From the NCBI RefSeq assembly GCF_009914755.1, contig NC_060939.1: a DNA stretch of 64,000 nucleotides; one strand, given 5' to 3'. How positions within the stretch are numbered: the first letter of the stretch is position 1; each line of letters begins with the position of its first letter. The notes under the pieces are model-generated. The model had not been told where the DNA came from. It did not search any database and was given only the letters and a program-made list of their open reading frames with translations. Both the position numbers and the translations under genes were made by a program. This document shows, one piece after another, positions 1 through 15,787 of this stretch. Source of the stretch: the human T2T-CHM13v2.0 reference genome, Homo sapiens.

Positions 1-1930
1 AAAAATAAAACACCTAGGAGTACATCTAACCAAGGAGGTGAAAGATCTCTACAAGGAGAACTACAAACACTGCTAAAAGAAATCACCGATGACACAAACA
101 AATGGGAAAACATTCCATGTTCCTGCACTGGAATAATCAGTATTGTTCAAATGTCCAGACTACCCAAAGCACTAAAGATTCAATGCTGTTCCTATCAAAC
201 TACCAAGATCATTTTTCACAGAACTAGAAAAAACTACTCTAAAATTCATATGGAACCAAAAAGGAACCTGAATAACCAAAGCAATCCTAAGCAAAAAGAA
301 CAAAGCCACGGGCATCACATTACCTGACTTCAAACTATACTGTAAGGCCACATTAACCAAAACAGCATGGTACTGGTACAAAAACAGACACATAGACCAA
401 TAGAATAGAAAAGAGAACCCAGAAATAAAGCCATATACCTACAGCCATCTGATCTTTGACAAAGTGGACAAAAATAAGCAATGGAGAAAGAACTCCCTAT
501 TTGATACATGGTGCTGGGATAGCTGGCTACCCAAATGCAGAAGAATGAAACTGGACCTGTAACTTTCACCACATAAGAAAACCTAACTCAAGACGAATTA
601 AAGTTCTAAATGTAAGACCTCAAACTATAAGAATCGTAGAAGGAAACCTAAGAAACACCATTTTGGACACAGGCCTTGGGAAAGAATTTATGACTAAGTC
701 CTTAAAAGCATTTGCAGCACAAACAAAAACTGACCAGTGAACCTAATTAAACTAAAGAGCTTCTGCACAGCAAAAGAAACTATCAACAGAGCAAACTGAC
801 AACCTACATTGAATGGGAGAATATATCTGCAAACTATGCATCCAACAAAGGTGTAATATCCAGAATCTATAAGGAATTTAAAGAATTCAACAAGCAAAAA
901 AAAAAAAAAACAAATAATCTCATTAAAAAATGGGCAAAATATATGAAGAAACACTTCTCAAAAGAAGACATACAAGCCAAGAAACACGAAAAAACTTGTC
1001 ATTAATCATCAGAGAAATGCAAATCAAAACCACAATGAGATACTATCTCACACCAGTCATAATGGCTACTATTTTCTTTTTATTATACTTTAAGTTCTAG
1101 GGTACATGTGCACAACGTGCAGGTTTGTTACATATGTATACATGTGCCATGTTGGTGTGCTGTGCCCATTAACTTGTCATTTACATTAGGTCTATCTCCT
1201 ACTGCTATCCCTCCCCCCTCCCCCCACCTCATAATGGCTACTATTAAAAAATTAAAAAACAATGGATGTTTCATGAGGTTGTGGAAAAAACAATGTTCAC
1301 ACACTGTTAGTGGGACTGTAAATTAGTTCAGCCACTGTGGAAAGCAGTTTGGAGATTTCTCAAAGAACTTATGAATAGAACTACCATTTGACCCAGCAAT
1401 CCCATTACTGTGTATATATCCAAAAGAAAACAAATTGTTCTACCAAAAAGATACCTGCTCCCTCATGTTCACTGCAGCACTATTTATAATAGCAAAGATG
1501 TGGAATCAACCTAGGTGCCTATCAGTGGTGGAATAAATAAAATGTGGTACATATACACCAAGGAATACTACATAGTCATACAAAAGAACAAAATCATGTC
1601 CTCTGCAGCAACATGGATGCAGCTGGAGGCCATTATCTTAAGCAAATTAATGCAGGAACGAAAAACAAAATACCGCATGTTCTTACTTGTAAGTGGGAGC
1701 TAAGTAATGAGTATGCATGAATGCAAAGATGAGAACAGTAGACACTGTGGACTCCAAAAGGGGATGGGAGGGAGGGGGACAAGGGATGAAAACCTAACCA
1801 TTGGATACCTGGGTAATGGGATCATTCATACCTAATACCTCAGCATCACACAATACACTAAGATAACAAACCTGCACGTTTTCCTGAATCTAAAATAAAA
1901 GTTGAAAATAAAATTAAAAGAAAAAAAGAA
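1..1930 (+). mobile_element. L1 (L1PA15/16-L1PB class) 3' ORF2 and 3'UTR, degenerate
   Basis: ORF2 C-terminal homology (KMWYIYTKEYY...WMQLEAIILS) and A-rich tail ~1890-1930. Confidence 0.9.
1074..1228 (-). mobile_element. 5'-truncated young L1PA 3' end nested in older L1
   Basis: TTATTATACTTTAAGTTCTAGGGTACATGTGCACAACGTGCAGG; 17-bp TSD TCATAATGGCTACTATT at 1057-1073 and 1229-1245. Confidence 0.92.
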
Positions 1931-2366
1931 CACTGTATGAACATGGTGGTTTCCTCTTTTTATCTCCCCTTTTCTCCTCATCCATGGCAATTTAAATTTA
2001 TCAACAAAATACTAAAGTAATTATCTCAAAGGCCACCAGTAACATTCCCCTTCCCAGTCTATATCCTCTTGCCCTCTCTATGGCTCTGCTATGGCTTGAA
2101 GGGCTCCCCTCCAAAATTCAGGTGCTGTTAATGTAATAGTATTAAGAGGTGGGACTTTTCAGAGGTGATTAGGCCTTGAGGGCTTCTCTGTCATGAATGA
2201 ATTTCGATGCTTATAAATAAAGGGGGCTGGACAGAGACAGAAAGAAGTTGGTTCTCTCTTGCCCTTCTGTCTTTGGCCATGTAACGATACACCAAGAATG
2301 CCCTCATAAGATGCCAGTGCCTTCCTCTTGGACTTAGCCTCCAGCACTGTGAAGAAATAAATTTCA

Positions 2367-3062
<696 letters not shown>

Positions 3063-3159
3063 TATTGTTTCATGTATTTTGTCGTAGCAAAACAAAACAG
3101 CCTAAAACAAACCTTATCATTCTTGACAACCTTCTTTTCTCTTGGTTTCCACAGTACTA

Positions 3160-3525
3160 CAGATGGTTTCTGACTTATAATGGTTTGACTTAAAATTTTT
3201 CAACTTTATAATGTTGCTAAATTCATACACATTTAGTAGAAACCATACTTCAAATACCCTTACAACCATTCTATTTCTTGCTTTCAGCACAGAATTATTC
3301 AATAGATTACGTGAGATACTCAATACTATTATAAAATAGGCTTTGTGTTAGACGACTTTGTCCAGCTATAGGCTAATGTAAGTGTTCTCAGCACATTTAA
3401 GGCAGGCTAGGCTAAGCTATGAAGTTTGGTAGCTTAGGTGTATTAAAAGCATTTTTGACCTAAAATACTTTCAACTTAAGATGGGTTTATCCGGACATAA
3501 TCCCTTGTAAGTTGAGGAACATCTG
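3160..3525 (-). mobile_element. MER47A-like Tigger DNA transposon
   Basis: 366 bp; TIRs CAGATGG...CATCTG with TA on both sides. Confidence 0.85.
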
Positions 3526-4084
3526 TACTCTTGTCTGGTTCTCTTATTTTCTAGCTACTTTTACCAATATGTTTCTCTGGTTTTTCTCTTTCTAATCTAG
3601 CGATTTTTTATGTTTCTCTAGATTTCATTTCCAGATCTCATCTACTCTGAAATTATGTTCTCTTTCCAAGCAACCCCATTCACTTAGATGATTTTAACTT
3701 TTGCCATTATTTTTATGGACTCCCAAATCTCTACCTCTAGCCTCAACTTTTCCTTTGAACTCTAGGGATGAAATTACAAACATCTACAAACCATCTCCTT
3801 TACAGGTCCCATAAGTAACTTAAACCCAAGAAAAGACTACAAATAGGAAAGGAGGCACACTTATAGTTTAAAGAATAAGAAAAAGGCTCTGGTATCCATT
3901 CTCTTGAAGAAGTCTGCAGGCCTTCTTAACTAACATACGGCAACAGCCTGAGGATTACAGTACCATCCCAAAGTCATCTTTGAACTGAATGAACCATCTG
4001 TCACAGAGCAAAGATGCTCTGGTGTACTAAGAAAAGATGGACTTTCAGTCTAGAAACTTATTATTAAAGTAAGCCTACTTTTGA

Positions 4085-4200
4085 TTTAAATTGTGATACT
4101 GAAGGTATCAATCTCTTGGGGCCCTGAGTTTCAAATCTGTAAAATAAGATGGTTGGATTAGGTAACCTCTAGATTTCCTTCAAGTCCTGAAATTCCATGG
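4085..4200 (+). mobile_element. MIR fragment
   Basis: CTGAGTTTCAAATCTGTAAAATAAGATGGTTGGATTAG core. Confidence 0.6.
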
Positions 4201-4887
4201 TTTGTCTACAATTGAATTAATTTCCTCTGAATCTGTTTTTCTTCCTACTTTAATTATTGTCATACTCTGATCTTCTGAGTATTTTCTCGAGCCCCACATT
4301 CAGCTGTTCCCTGAATCCTGTCAATTTAACCCCTGAAATGTCTCTCAAAGTGAGCACCATTCCCATTACTAAATTTAGTTCTCTAAATCAAGTTCTTATC
4401 TTTTGGCAAGGCTATTGTAACAGTTTTTCACAATGTCTCCTTGTTCCCAGGATTTCCCATTACCTACTATAAAACTTCTGTAAAAACCTTGTATATGTTA
4501 CATTGAGCACCACCCTAAAAAAAAAAAAACCTCAAAATGAATCTGAATATATAATATGAATTGTAGTAAAAAACACGACATAAAATGTATCAACTTAACC
4601 ATTTTTAAATGTATAGTTTAGTAGTATTAAGTATATTCACATTACTGTGAAACAGATCTCCAGAAAATGATCATGCTTTAAATGGCCAAAAATAAAACTT
4701 AAAATGTATGTATATGGTTATGTGATAGGCACTGAATTACTAGTTGATAAAACATTATCACATAATGTACTTATTTTACTCTTGTGAGAAACAAAGTGAA
4801 AGGTTTAAAATAATCTTTTGAAACTTCTTTCAAACAAAAACAACCTTTGGTTAAGCTCTTCCTCTGCTATATAACTAATATCTACTG

Positions 4888-5254
4888 CAGAGGTTGCAAA
4901 TTGGTGGCCCTCAAGCCATTTACAGCCTGAAGATATGTTCTGTTTGGCTCATACAGTGTTTTTAAACATTTGAATTAGTTACAAACACCTAAAAACTAGA
5001 AGATTCAGATTAAAATCCAGCTTAATGACTTCTGTGAAAAGAATATGAAAGTGAAAAAATCTAGCAACACTAAGCTTGCATTCCCACATGGTAACAATTA
5101 GCTGAAGATGGTCAACCATAGTTGCCCACTTTAGACAAAGAATGTGCTCTCAAGTTTGTCACACTCTCTACCATTCTCTAACACTGTAAATGTCTTCTTT
5201 CCTTATTTATATGGCTTGCTTAGCCCCTTTGAGTATTTGAGTTTGTACCCCCTG
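4888..5254 (-). mobile_element. hAT-Charlie MER102-like element
   Basis: TIRs CAGAGGTTGCAAA and TTTGTACCCCCTG. Confidence 0.65.
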
Positions 5255-5599
5255 GAACAAATATTGTAAAAAACAGAAGCCAGCCTTAACATTACGTTGG
5301 TTCCCTCATGAATTTAATGTTTTGACATGCACTCACTTTATATTTTTATGAGTCTTGTTTTTAACTTTTTTGAAAATTATACTTTGACAACTTTGGAAAT
5401 ACACCAAGATGTTCAAGTATCTACACTTTCCTAAGCCATTTAAAGTGTACACCTCCCAGGCACAGTTTTTCTTAGCTTCTGGAGTGATTATCAAGTGGCA
5501 ACAGAACTTTACTTTTATTGACTTTCTGTTTCTCTGCTATTTCTGTTTTCCTGACTTTGTATTTTTACTTTTGTTCTGATGCAACAAAACTTCATGGCT

Positions 5600-5905
5600 G
5601 GCTGGGCGCGGTGGCTCATGCCTGTAATCCCAGCGCTTTGGAAGGCCGAGGTGGGTGGATCACGAGGTCAGGAGATCGAGACCATCCTGGCTAACACGGT
5701 GAAACCCTGTCTCTACTAAAAAATACAAAAAATTAGCCCGGTGTGGTGGCGGGCACCTGTAGTCCCAGCTACTCGGGAGGCTGAGGCAGGAGAATGGTGT
5801 GAACCCGGGAGGCAGAGCTTTCAGTGACCTGAGATCAAGCCACTGTACTCCAGTCTGGGCGACAGAGCGAGACTTCGTCTCAAAAACAAAAAACAAAAAA
5901 AAACA
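5600..5905 (+). mobile_element. AluY-type
   Basis: GAGATCGAGACCATCCTGGCTAACACGG diagnostics; TSD core TTCATGGCT. Confidence 0.93.
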
Positions 5906-6992
5906 CACATTAAAACATTCATGGCTGAACACACAACACCCAACACTGGACAGATGAGACAGATTCTTAGCCACGTTTGGTTGTGATTCTGGTTCTGCAC
6001 AGACAGTAAGTTTATTCCCTATAATGGGATGATAGGTACCTAATCTCTGTTGGATGCAGCATGGCAAAGAATCTGATACACTAGTCTTTTGCCTTGTAGA
6101 GGAACACGTCTTGCTTCAACTGGGAAGAAAAGCCCTTTGAGATCTAGATTGCTATGTGTGTCCTGTGTTTTCTTTCACTTGTATATGAAGTTGCACACCT
6201 GAAGGTAAGCCTCAATGTGTGACTGTACTTGAGAAAGCCTTTACCCCTTTTTGAGTTTGAAACATTGTCCTACCTCTGGAAAGGGTATTAACAAATTAGA
6301 TATAAATCTCTTAAAATAAAAGCTGTTTTTAATTGGTTTATAGATGTCGGTAAGACTTAAGAAATCTAACATAAAATGAATATAAGAATTTTCAGGAAAT
6401 AAAAAACTGAATTTTGAATACTTAAAATGTGGTGGCATTTTTGTTGTTTGCTTGCTTTGCTCACTGCAGAGATACTAAGGGGATATACAGATTAGAAATT
6501 TAGGCTCTTCCCTTACAGCCTGCAAATCTGCAGCCCCATGGACTGGAGCCCGTGGGGAGGCAGCCTCATTTTCCATAGAAAACTTATTATCAGAGTTTCA
6601 TCCCTGGACCTTCACCATTAGTGTCACTGGGACTCATTAGAAATGCTTATTCTCAGTCCAAAACAAAGGCTTATAGACTTTGGGGAAGAATCAGTGTTTT
6701 TAGGAGCCTCCAGGTCATTTTGATGCATATTTTAAGAGATTTCATCCTCTTGCTGTGGTTCCTGCGGATGGGTTGCTTTCATTTCTTGTAATTAACATGC
6801 ATCTCCTCAAACTCGGCAGGATTTTTGCACTGAGATTGCAAAAATGCATTGGTGCAAGTTGGTTTCCCTAATTCTTAAAAAAAAAAAGTACAAAATGTCA
6901 AATTTCCTATTTTTTATTAAAGGAGAACTACACTATATTAAATGTGGTATCCTAAAAACCCCTTCTCACAAAAACTACTAGCTTAGAATGTG

Positions 6993-7281
6993 TTTTTTTT
7001 TTGTTTTTTGGAGACAGAGTCTTGCTCTGTCACCCAGGCTCGAGTACAGTGGTGCAATCTCAGCTCACTGCAACCTCCGGCTCCTGGGTCCAAGCAATTC
7101 TCCTGCCTCAGCCGCCTGTGTAGCTGGGATTACAGGCACGTGTCACTATGCCTGGCTAATTTTTTGTATTTTTAGTAGAGACAGGATTTCACCATGTTGG
7201 CCAGGCTGGTCTTGAACTCCTGACCTCAAATGATCCATCCGCCTCGGCCTCCCGAAGTGCTGGGATTACAGGCGTGAGCCA
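6993..7281 (-). mobile_element. AluS
   Basis: Reverse Alu with T tract. Confidence 0.93.
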
Positions 7282-8546
7282 TTTTGCATTTTTATATAAG
7301 AATCAAAATTCAAATAATCCAAGTGAATCCTTGAACAAATCAGACTGGTTTGATGAATTTTTGGTTTTAAAACACCTATTTGTCCTTGTCTGAATTTAAT
7401 TGCCATGGAGTGTGTAATATAAGCAAATGTTTTATTTTTCAAATAAGATTTGGGTTGTTTGCTCATAAAGACACAAATAACATTTTTGAACTTCTTATAT
7501 AAGGTCCACTGTTAAGCTAGTATTACTTCCATTTAATGATTAAGAAAAATATAAACTTGAATTACAAAATATAAACTTCAAATTGACACACTTTTAAAAA
7601 ATTTCAACAGCAATTATGTTCTGTAGTTTGTTAGATTAAACATCATTTCTAATATTCCTAGTTAGCTTCAAGACCCTACACTAACATTGTCATGTTAATC
7701 AATGGATAATCTTTGCATATTTGAATTTTTAAGATAGAAATATAAAAACATTGGTCACTGAGTGTGTGTGTGTGTATCTGCTTTTAATTTTTATATGTTA
7801 TGTAGTGGCTATTTTTGCACTTTAGGAAGATATAGAAAGGATGTATAATATGTATATTATGCACGTTCATGAACTTTACTGGTTTGCTACAACAATTTCA
7901 TATGACATAATTTCTCAGTTACTTAACTCTGTGAAACAGAAACTAGTTGCTTTGGTTGTTATAATTAACATGAAGATTGAGATAATATTAAAAACAATAG
8001 TGGTACAGAAATCAACTGCATATGCAAGATGATGGATATATTTTTGTTTATTAATGGGAAAAGATTAGTTTTGTTCATCAAGTATCTGGGTTTCTTTCAA
8101 AATGCGCAAGAGGATAATGAAGGACAAAACCTGGATGAATACTGAAAGCTGTGAAGGTTTGTGGAAAGGAAAATGTATTTGCTTTGAACTATAATAACTG
8201 CAAATAACAGTCCGAAAACACACAATGAAATATTAAAATTGCTGAAGTTGGCTCAGTTTTAATGAATTTCTTCATAAGATTAAAAAGGGAAAGTTTCTGA
8301 ATCTACTAATGTCAAATATTTGTTAATACAAAGCTAGAATTTTGTTTTCTGTGTCAAAATAATGAATTGGTCTTGGAGAATTCTGTCTGATCTTAAAAAG
8401 ATATAGTAAGAGTTACTCTTCACCCTCTAAATAATCTAAGTAGCAGAGATGATATATTTCACTAGAATAACCTCCTGAACTTTGTGTTGACTCTTGTCAT
8501 ACTCTTAAGTTTGTTTTTAAATAAACAAAAGTTCCTCGCTTCTACC

Positions 8547-8752
8547 CCGGGCAACACAGGCAGACCCCATCTCTACAACAACAATAAAATTAGCCAGGTG
8601 TGGTGGTGCATGCCTGTGGTCCCAGATACACAGGAGGCTTCAGTGGGAGGATTGCCTGAGCCCAGGAGGTCAAGGCTGCAGTAAGCCATGCCTGCATTCC
8701 AGCCTGGGTGACAGAGTGAGACCCTGTCTCAAAAAATAAAGAAGAAAAAAAA
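8547..8752 (+). mobile_element. 5'-truncated AluJ
   Basis: GGAGGATTGCCTGAGCCCAGGAGGTCAAGG; TSD AAAGTTCCTC(G/A)CTTCT. Confidence 0.88.
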
Positions 8753-8971
8753 AGTTCCTCACTTCTCATAGAGCTAAGTTTCTTTTAGAAAAATTGGGTT
8801 ACCATTTTCTATGTCTATTTAAAACATTATATTGTTGTTTCAATTAATTCATTATTTATTATTCTCAGATGTCTATGCTCCTACGTTAAATCAGTGATTA
8901 ATTCTTCTCTGATAACTCTTCCAATGTCACTGAGTTCACAGTATTCACTGCGAAATGGATCAGGCTTCTAC

Positions 8972-9461
8972 TGTGGTGTAAGACCTAAAGCTTGATATTA
9001 GTGTTGTCTTGTCAGGAGAGCCTATCTGCAAGTTCTCCTCCCTACTCTTATTTATCTCCTATAGATAAAGACCCCTAGCCAAAAACCCTCCTTATCAAAC
9101 AGAACAGGCACAGTTCCTACTTATCCCCAAGTAGCAGGCTTCAGTTTCCTGCCAGTCTGTAGAATTATTCAAATAAGCCAATCACATTCTCCTGTAGGAA
9201 CCAGGTGGTACCTTACCCTCTTGATACTACAAAACCTGCCTCCCACTGCCCCTGGTGGGGCATTCTGTTTCGGAGTGCAATTTCCATGTGGCCCATGTAG
9301 CGTGCAGTGCCCTCCTCTCCTGAGCTGTGAGTATATGTAACTAATAAACTGCTGTCTGTCTCATCTGTCCAGTGTTGGGTGTTGTGTGTTCAGCCATGCC
9401 TATAACCACAGGGTGGGAATCCCTCCTTTACCAATAGAGTAAATAGGAGGTGATTAAAACA
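8972..9461 (+). mobile_element. Solo LTR (LTR32-like)
   Basis: TG...CA ends, CCAAT ~9178, AATAAA 9343-9348; resembles remembered LTR32 consensus. Confidence 0.6.
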
Positions 9462-9689
9462 CAGATAGGTACCAACATGACGATAATCTAATTAGGAAAC
9501 AGAGGCAAGGAAATTCCACATGGCTCAAACTTGTATGTGTGGTAGCTTAGTGGTTTTGTTCATTGTAGGAGTCCAGATGGTAGTTGGGGGTGAGAAGTCC
9601 TAAGAACCAGAGGGCTAGGCAAGGATACCAAGGTTCTCCATAGGCAAAACCTCTTCTCTCGAAAGTGCTCAAGGCCTACTTCCTTAGTC

Positions 9690-9960
9690 CAATCAAATCT
9701 CTGCTTAAATATCATCTCATCAGAGATACTTCCTTTATAACCTAACTTGAAGCAGCACCTCCTTCCCTATTATTTTCTATTCCCTTATTCTGATGGATTT
9801 TTATTTTTAGCATTTCTCTAATATTCAGTATATGTTTGTCTCTTGACATTAGAGTAATCTCCATGAGGGGAAGACTTGTTCATCCCTGTAGCACTACTGC
9901 CTAAAGCAGTACCTGACAAAATGGTAGGTGCATAATAAATATCCCTTGAATGCATGATGT
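9690..9960 (+). mobile_element. L2 3' fragment
   Basis: CCTGACAAAATGGTAGGTGCATAATAAATAT...TGAATG end. Confidence 0.6.
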
Positions 9961-10717
9961 TATAAGTCTAGTCCTATGGGCCTGGCCAGCTCTTTGTGTG
10001 TGTTGTGTGTGAAGGGAAAGAGAGAAAGGGAGAAAGTAAGGAGTGAAGTATAAGGATTGTCACTTGGGGTGTGTATGTGTGTGGCGGGGGGCAGAGGGAG
10101 GTGGTGGGTGGAAATCCAAGACTACAGCTGAAACAGTAGATGCCAAACCTAGCCTGAGGAATTTATTTCAGGATTCAATAGTGGAAAAGGAAAAAAAAAA
10201 ATAGGGAAGACCAAAGTGTCCTGATTGACTCCGGATCTGACGATGCCCACATTTACACATGGAGGGAATCCATAATCCCTGCTGTGGTGGGGAATAGAAA
10301 AGAGAGTTGTGGAATAACGTTCAATAACAAATTACTAAGAAAAATTATTATGAGGTTATAGAATAAAGGAGTCTCTATGCATAAGAAAAGAATGGAAGAA
10401 GGGCAAGCAAACTTGTCTCTGAGCATGCCAATGAGAAGAATTTTTTGGGCTAGCTGACAAAAAACGTAGAGAAAAAAACATTTTAGCTATTAAAAAGTTT
10501 ATGAGGTGTGGTAAATTAGAAAAGGGGAAAAAACCCTAACATGTGATGTTGTTATAAAAATGGATTTGGATAAAGAGAAGTCTGCAAATCAGTCAACAAA
10601 TTTACCATAGGGGCAGAAGGGAAAATCAGAGTATGAAAAAGGAAATGCATACAGGAGAAAGGGGAAAGAATTTTAAAAATAAGAGTCTGTTTGGTTTAAT
10701 AAACATGTAACTTATCA

Positions 10718-11021
<304 letters not shown>

Positions 11022-11494
11022 TGAAAAGAACACTGTTAAAAGAACTGCAAGCATGATGATATGGAAACACCTTCCAAAATACTAGTTTGAAAAAATGTAT
11101 GAAATATCAGGCTGAGTTATCTTCAAATATATAAAAACGACCATCTACTAGTGATAGAACAATCTTATAGCTACAGACATTTTTTCACCCAATAAAACCC
11201 TAAAAACATTGTCATTTTAATCTTTAAAATAATTATAAATAATTTTGAGAGGTCATGATATACCTAGAACTTAGTGCTTTTAACTAAGTTGTATATAGCA
11301 GATGTACAGGGGATGTATGCAGGCTGTATAAAGGGGATGGGCCAGATGATTTACTGAGGTTTCTCATTAGCATGTTACACTGCTGATTCTGGAAGAAGAA
11401 TATATGTGGGGCATTAACTCAGCCTCATAGTATACCTGGGGAGAGGCGTAGTCTCTGACAACTGAAAGAACACAGCTCGAATAGTTAAAAGTGA

Positions 11495-11850
<356 letters not shown>

Positions 11851-12223
11851 CTTATAGTCACATTTTAAATTGAGTTGTCTGATCTGGCTTATTCCCCCAA
11901 CGCTGCACCCTCCTCCTCCACAATCCTCCTTGGTCTTCAAAGCTATTGTCCACATAGATTCTATTTTGAACAGGCATAAAATAAAACACACTTGCTTTTA
12001 GGGTTTATTTTTACTTTTGTTGAGGTAAAACTTAAATGCAGTAAAATACATTGATCTTAAATGTGTATTTCATTATTTGGTAATGTGATAAATGCATATA
12101 CCTATATAACAAATACCTAAATCAAGTATAGAACATTTAAGTCATCTCAGACATTTTCCCTGTACTCTCTACCAGATATTTCCCTTTTCTCATAGTCTTT
12201 TTATGGCTTTTTATGGCTAGTCT

Positions 12224-12407
12224 TTTAAATTTTAGTCATTCTAGTAGGCATGAAGTAGTATCTTCTGTGGATATCTTTTAACAAACTAAAGTGTTATAAT
12301 GCTTTATGTATTTACTTTAAATTTTAGTCATTTTAGTAGGCATGAAGTAGTATCTTCTGTGGATATCTTTTAACAAACTAAAGTGTTATAATGCTTTATG
12401 TATTTAC
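12224..12407. repeat. 92-bp tandem duplication
   Basis: 12224-12315 equals 12316-12407 except C12241/T12333. Confidence 0.92.
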
Positions 12408-13100
12408 TCAAAATAAATGAAAAGGTATGTCCACACAAAGATTTGTACAAGGTTGTTCATAGCAACTTTATTCCTAATAGCCTAAATCTGGAAATAGCCC
12501 AGGTGTCCTAATGAAAGTGGCCAAACCAACTATGGCATATTCATACAAGGGAACACTACTAATATATACAATAACATGAATGAATCTTTAAAACACTATG
12601 CTAAATGAAAGAAGACTTACACAAGAGTACGTATTGGATGATTCCACTTATATTAAGTTCTAGAAAAGGAAAAGCAAATCTATGGTGAAAAAAAATCTGA
12701 GTATGATTACCTCTGGAGATTGGGAAGGGTATTAGAGAATTTTCTGGGGTAATGGTAATATTTTATACAGGTCTCATGAAATTTAACACTTAAGATCTAT
12801 GCATTCACTGTATGTAAATTTTACCTCAAAAGTTTAAATAAATATTAAACTCTAGTTAGTTATATGCATGCTGAAGTATTTAGGGATGAAGTAAATTAAT
12901 GTCTGCAATTTACACTTTAAAATACATAAAAAATAAGATAGCTTGATGGATGAACAGAGATTGTTAGATGGACAGAAATGTGATAAAACAAATTTAGCAA
13001 AATGCTAACTATAGAATGTAGGTCTTGGGTGTATGGGTGTTCACCGTGATATTCAACTTTTGTGTGTATTTGAGTATTTTCAAAATAATACGTTGATATA
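12400..13100 (+). mobile_element. Old L1M (L1MC-like) 3' region
   Basis: ATGTCCACACAAAG...TATGTAAATTTTACCTCAAAA motifs. Confidence 0.7.
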
Positions 13101-13553
13101 AATAGAGAGGGAAGAAGAGGATGAGACTAGTGTTAACAAATTGGCTATATCCTTTTCTCTTAAAATGTAAAGTCAACAGATATTATCTAGTCAATAAATC
13201 AGGAGACTACTGTGCTTCATTACAAGCCGAGGTTGATTTTTAAAACCCTGTACAGATTGAAACCACAGTAGTAGCTATTGGGTACTATGTTTATTACCTG
13301 GGTGACAAAACAATCTGTACACCAAACCCCCATGACATAAAAATCAAAAAGAAACCAATAATAATATACATGCACAAGGCCTGCCCCAGAAAAAAGTGTC
13401 ATTCAAAAAAACAAAAATCGTAGAGTGAAATTATTGCTAAATAATTGGACAATTAAATTTATTGTGCCCTGCTGTCTACAACTTCTCCTTTAACAGGCCC
13501 TCAAAAAACTGAACCAACAAGAACCTTGTCTGATTGAATATAAAGAGCACCTT

Positions 13554-13855
13554 GGCTGGGCATGGTGGCTCACACCTGTAATCCCTGCACTTCGGGAGGC
13601 CAAGGCAGGCAGATCACTAGAGGTCAGGAAGTCGAGAACAGCCTGGCCAACATGGTGAAACCTCATCTCCACTAAAAATACAAAAATTAGCTGACTGTGG
13701 TGGCACGCACCTGTAATCAGAGGTTGAGGCAGAATTGCTTGAACTCAGGAGGCGGAGGCGGAGGTTGCAGTGCAGTAAGCAGAGATTGTGCCAATGCACT
13801 CCAGCCTGGGCGACAGAGTGAGACTCCATCTCAAAAAAAAGAAAAAAAAAAAAAA
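13554..13855 (+). mobile_element. AluS
   Basis: Alu with small indels and A tail. Confidence 0.92.
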
Positions 13856-15061
13856 GTATCTTTTCCCACTGCAAAGAGAGTTTGGTAAGGGTTTCCAATT
13901 CTAAACCTGGTTTAAATTTCTAGGAACCTTTATTTGCAGAACTTTAACCTTACCTTTGCCATCTCCCCAATAATGACTCTTAGCTGGCCCTCCTCCAGCA
14001 AAATTTCCCTAGTTATATGCAAGATTTTATATATTTCATTTTAATGGGAAAAGAATTCACTGCTTTACTCAGATCTTCCAAGCCTTGCCTCTCCCACCAA
14101 AAAATTTAAAGAAAGATAATCATGTACAAAAAGCTAAATTCAGATACATGTAAATCCAGTTCATAACAGTTGTGCCAATTTGGGCACATCTTTTATTTTT
14201 GGTGTCAATTTCAGAGGGCTTTAAGTTGTTAACACAAAAATGATATGCGATATCAACTTTTTTACCCTTGAATTCTGTTTTCTCTTACATAAATACTGCC
14301 AACTCTTTGTTTTATTCAAGTCTGATAAATAGGGCTTTCCAATTTGGAGGTAATTTTTGCCTTCTGCTATCTGTGTTAAGTCAGTGTTTTATAAGCAACA
14401 TATTGTTGGATTTTATTTATCAGTCCAAAAGGAAACCATTTATGCTTGTACTATGATGTCTGGCTTTTTATGCTTGTTTTCTCTCTTCATGTTTATCTTT
14501 ATTCTATGAATAAGGTATTCAGACACCTCATTCTTAATTCTATAATTAGATATTTCAAGAACACTATCAAAACAACTTATAAAATATAATCACTGTTAAT
14601 AATATAATTACTGTTATAAAATATTTTATCTATTCTAATCTGAAATAAGGTACTTAGTGCTTTCCTCTCTTCCTTTCCCTTTCCCATTCTTTATGAATCT
14701 TTCCTCCGTCTTCTCTACTAGGTTCCACTGTTTGGTTTAATATATTAGGTAGTACTGTAATCACTTTTATTGCTACAATAACTTCAGGAAACTACCCAGG
14801 GCAGATGTCTTCAAAAAAAGAGCAGGAAGAAGGCAAATGGCAGATGAAATGAGATGTCAATATGGAACTACTCGAGCGTCAGTTGCAAGGGAAAATCCAA
14901 GACAACAGATAATACATTTCCATTAAGAGGTGGGTAACCATTACCAGACTTGCAAAGAATGTGGTAAAGACCCTTGTAAACTTTCACTCTCGTACAACAA
15001 CAAACAGTTTTGGAGAAGGCAAGAGGAGAGTTGGAGGTTATTAGGAGATAATTTTTAGTAA

Positions 15062-15491
<430 letters not shown>

Positions 15492-15787
15492 TAGTTGGTC
15501 TGATGGCACAGTGAAATGGGTGACTGCACTGGGATTGGCTTGCACTCTCAGAGTTTCTTGTGGTAAAGAAGTTTTCCACAGACCATCAGCTAGAGACTGT
15601 GTGAGGTTGTCTTAAATCCCGTCAAAGAGGCTACCCGGAGGCGAGAGGATCATAGCAGAAAAAAGCTGAAAATATACCATGAGATGTCCTGGGAAGAGGG
15701 AGTTTTAGTGACCACTTCGAGAGAGATGCATTTGCCTGTATTGAGAAGTGAAGATGAGATAATCCCAGGAACACTGGTGATGGAGGT

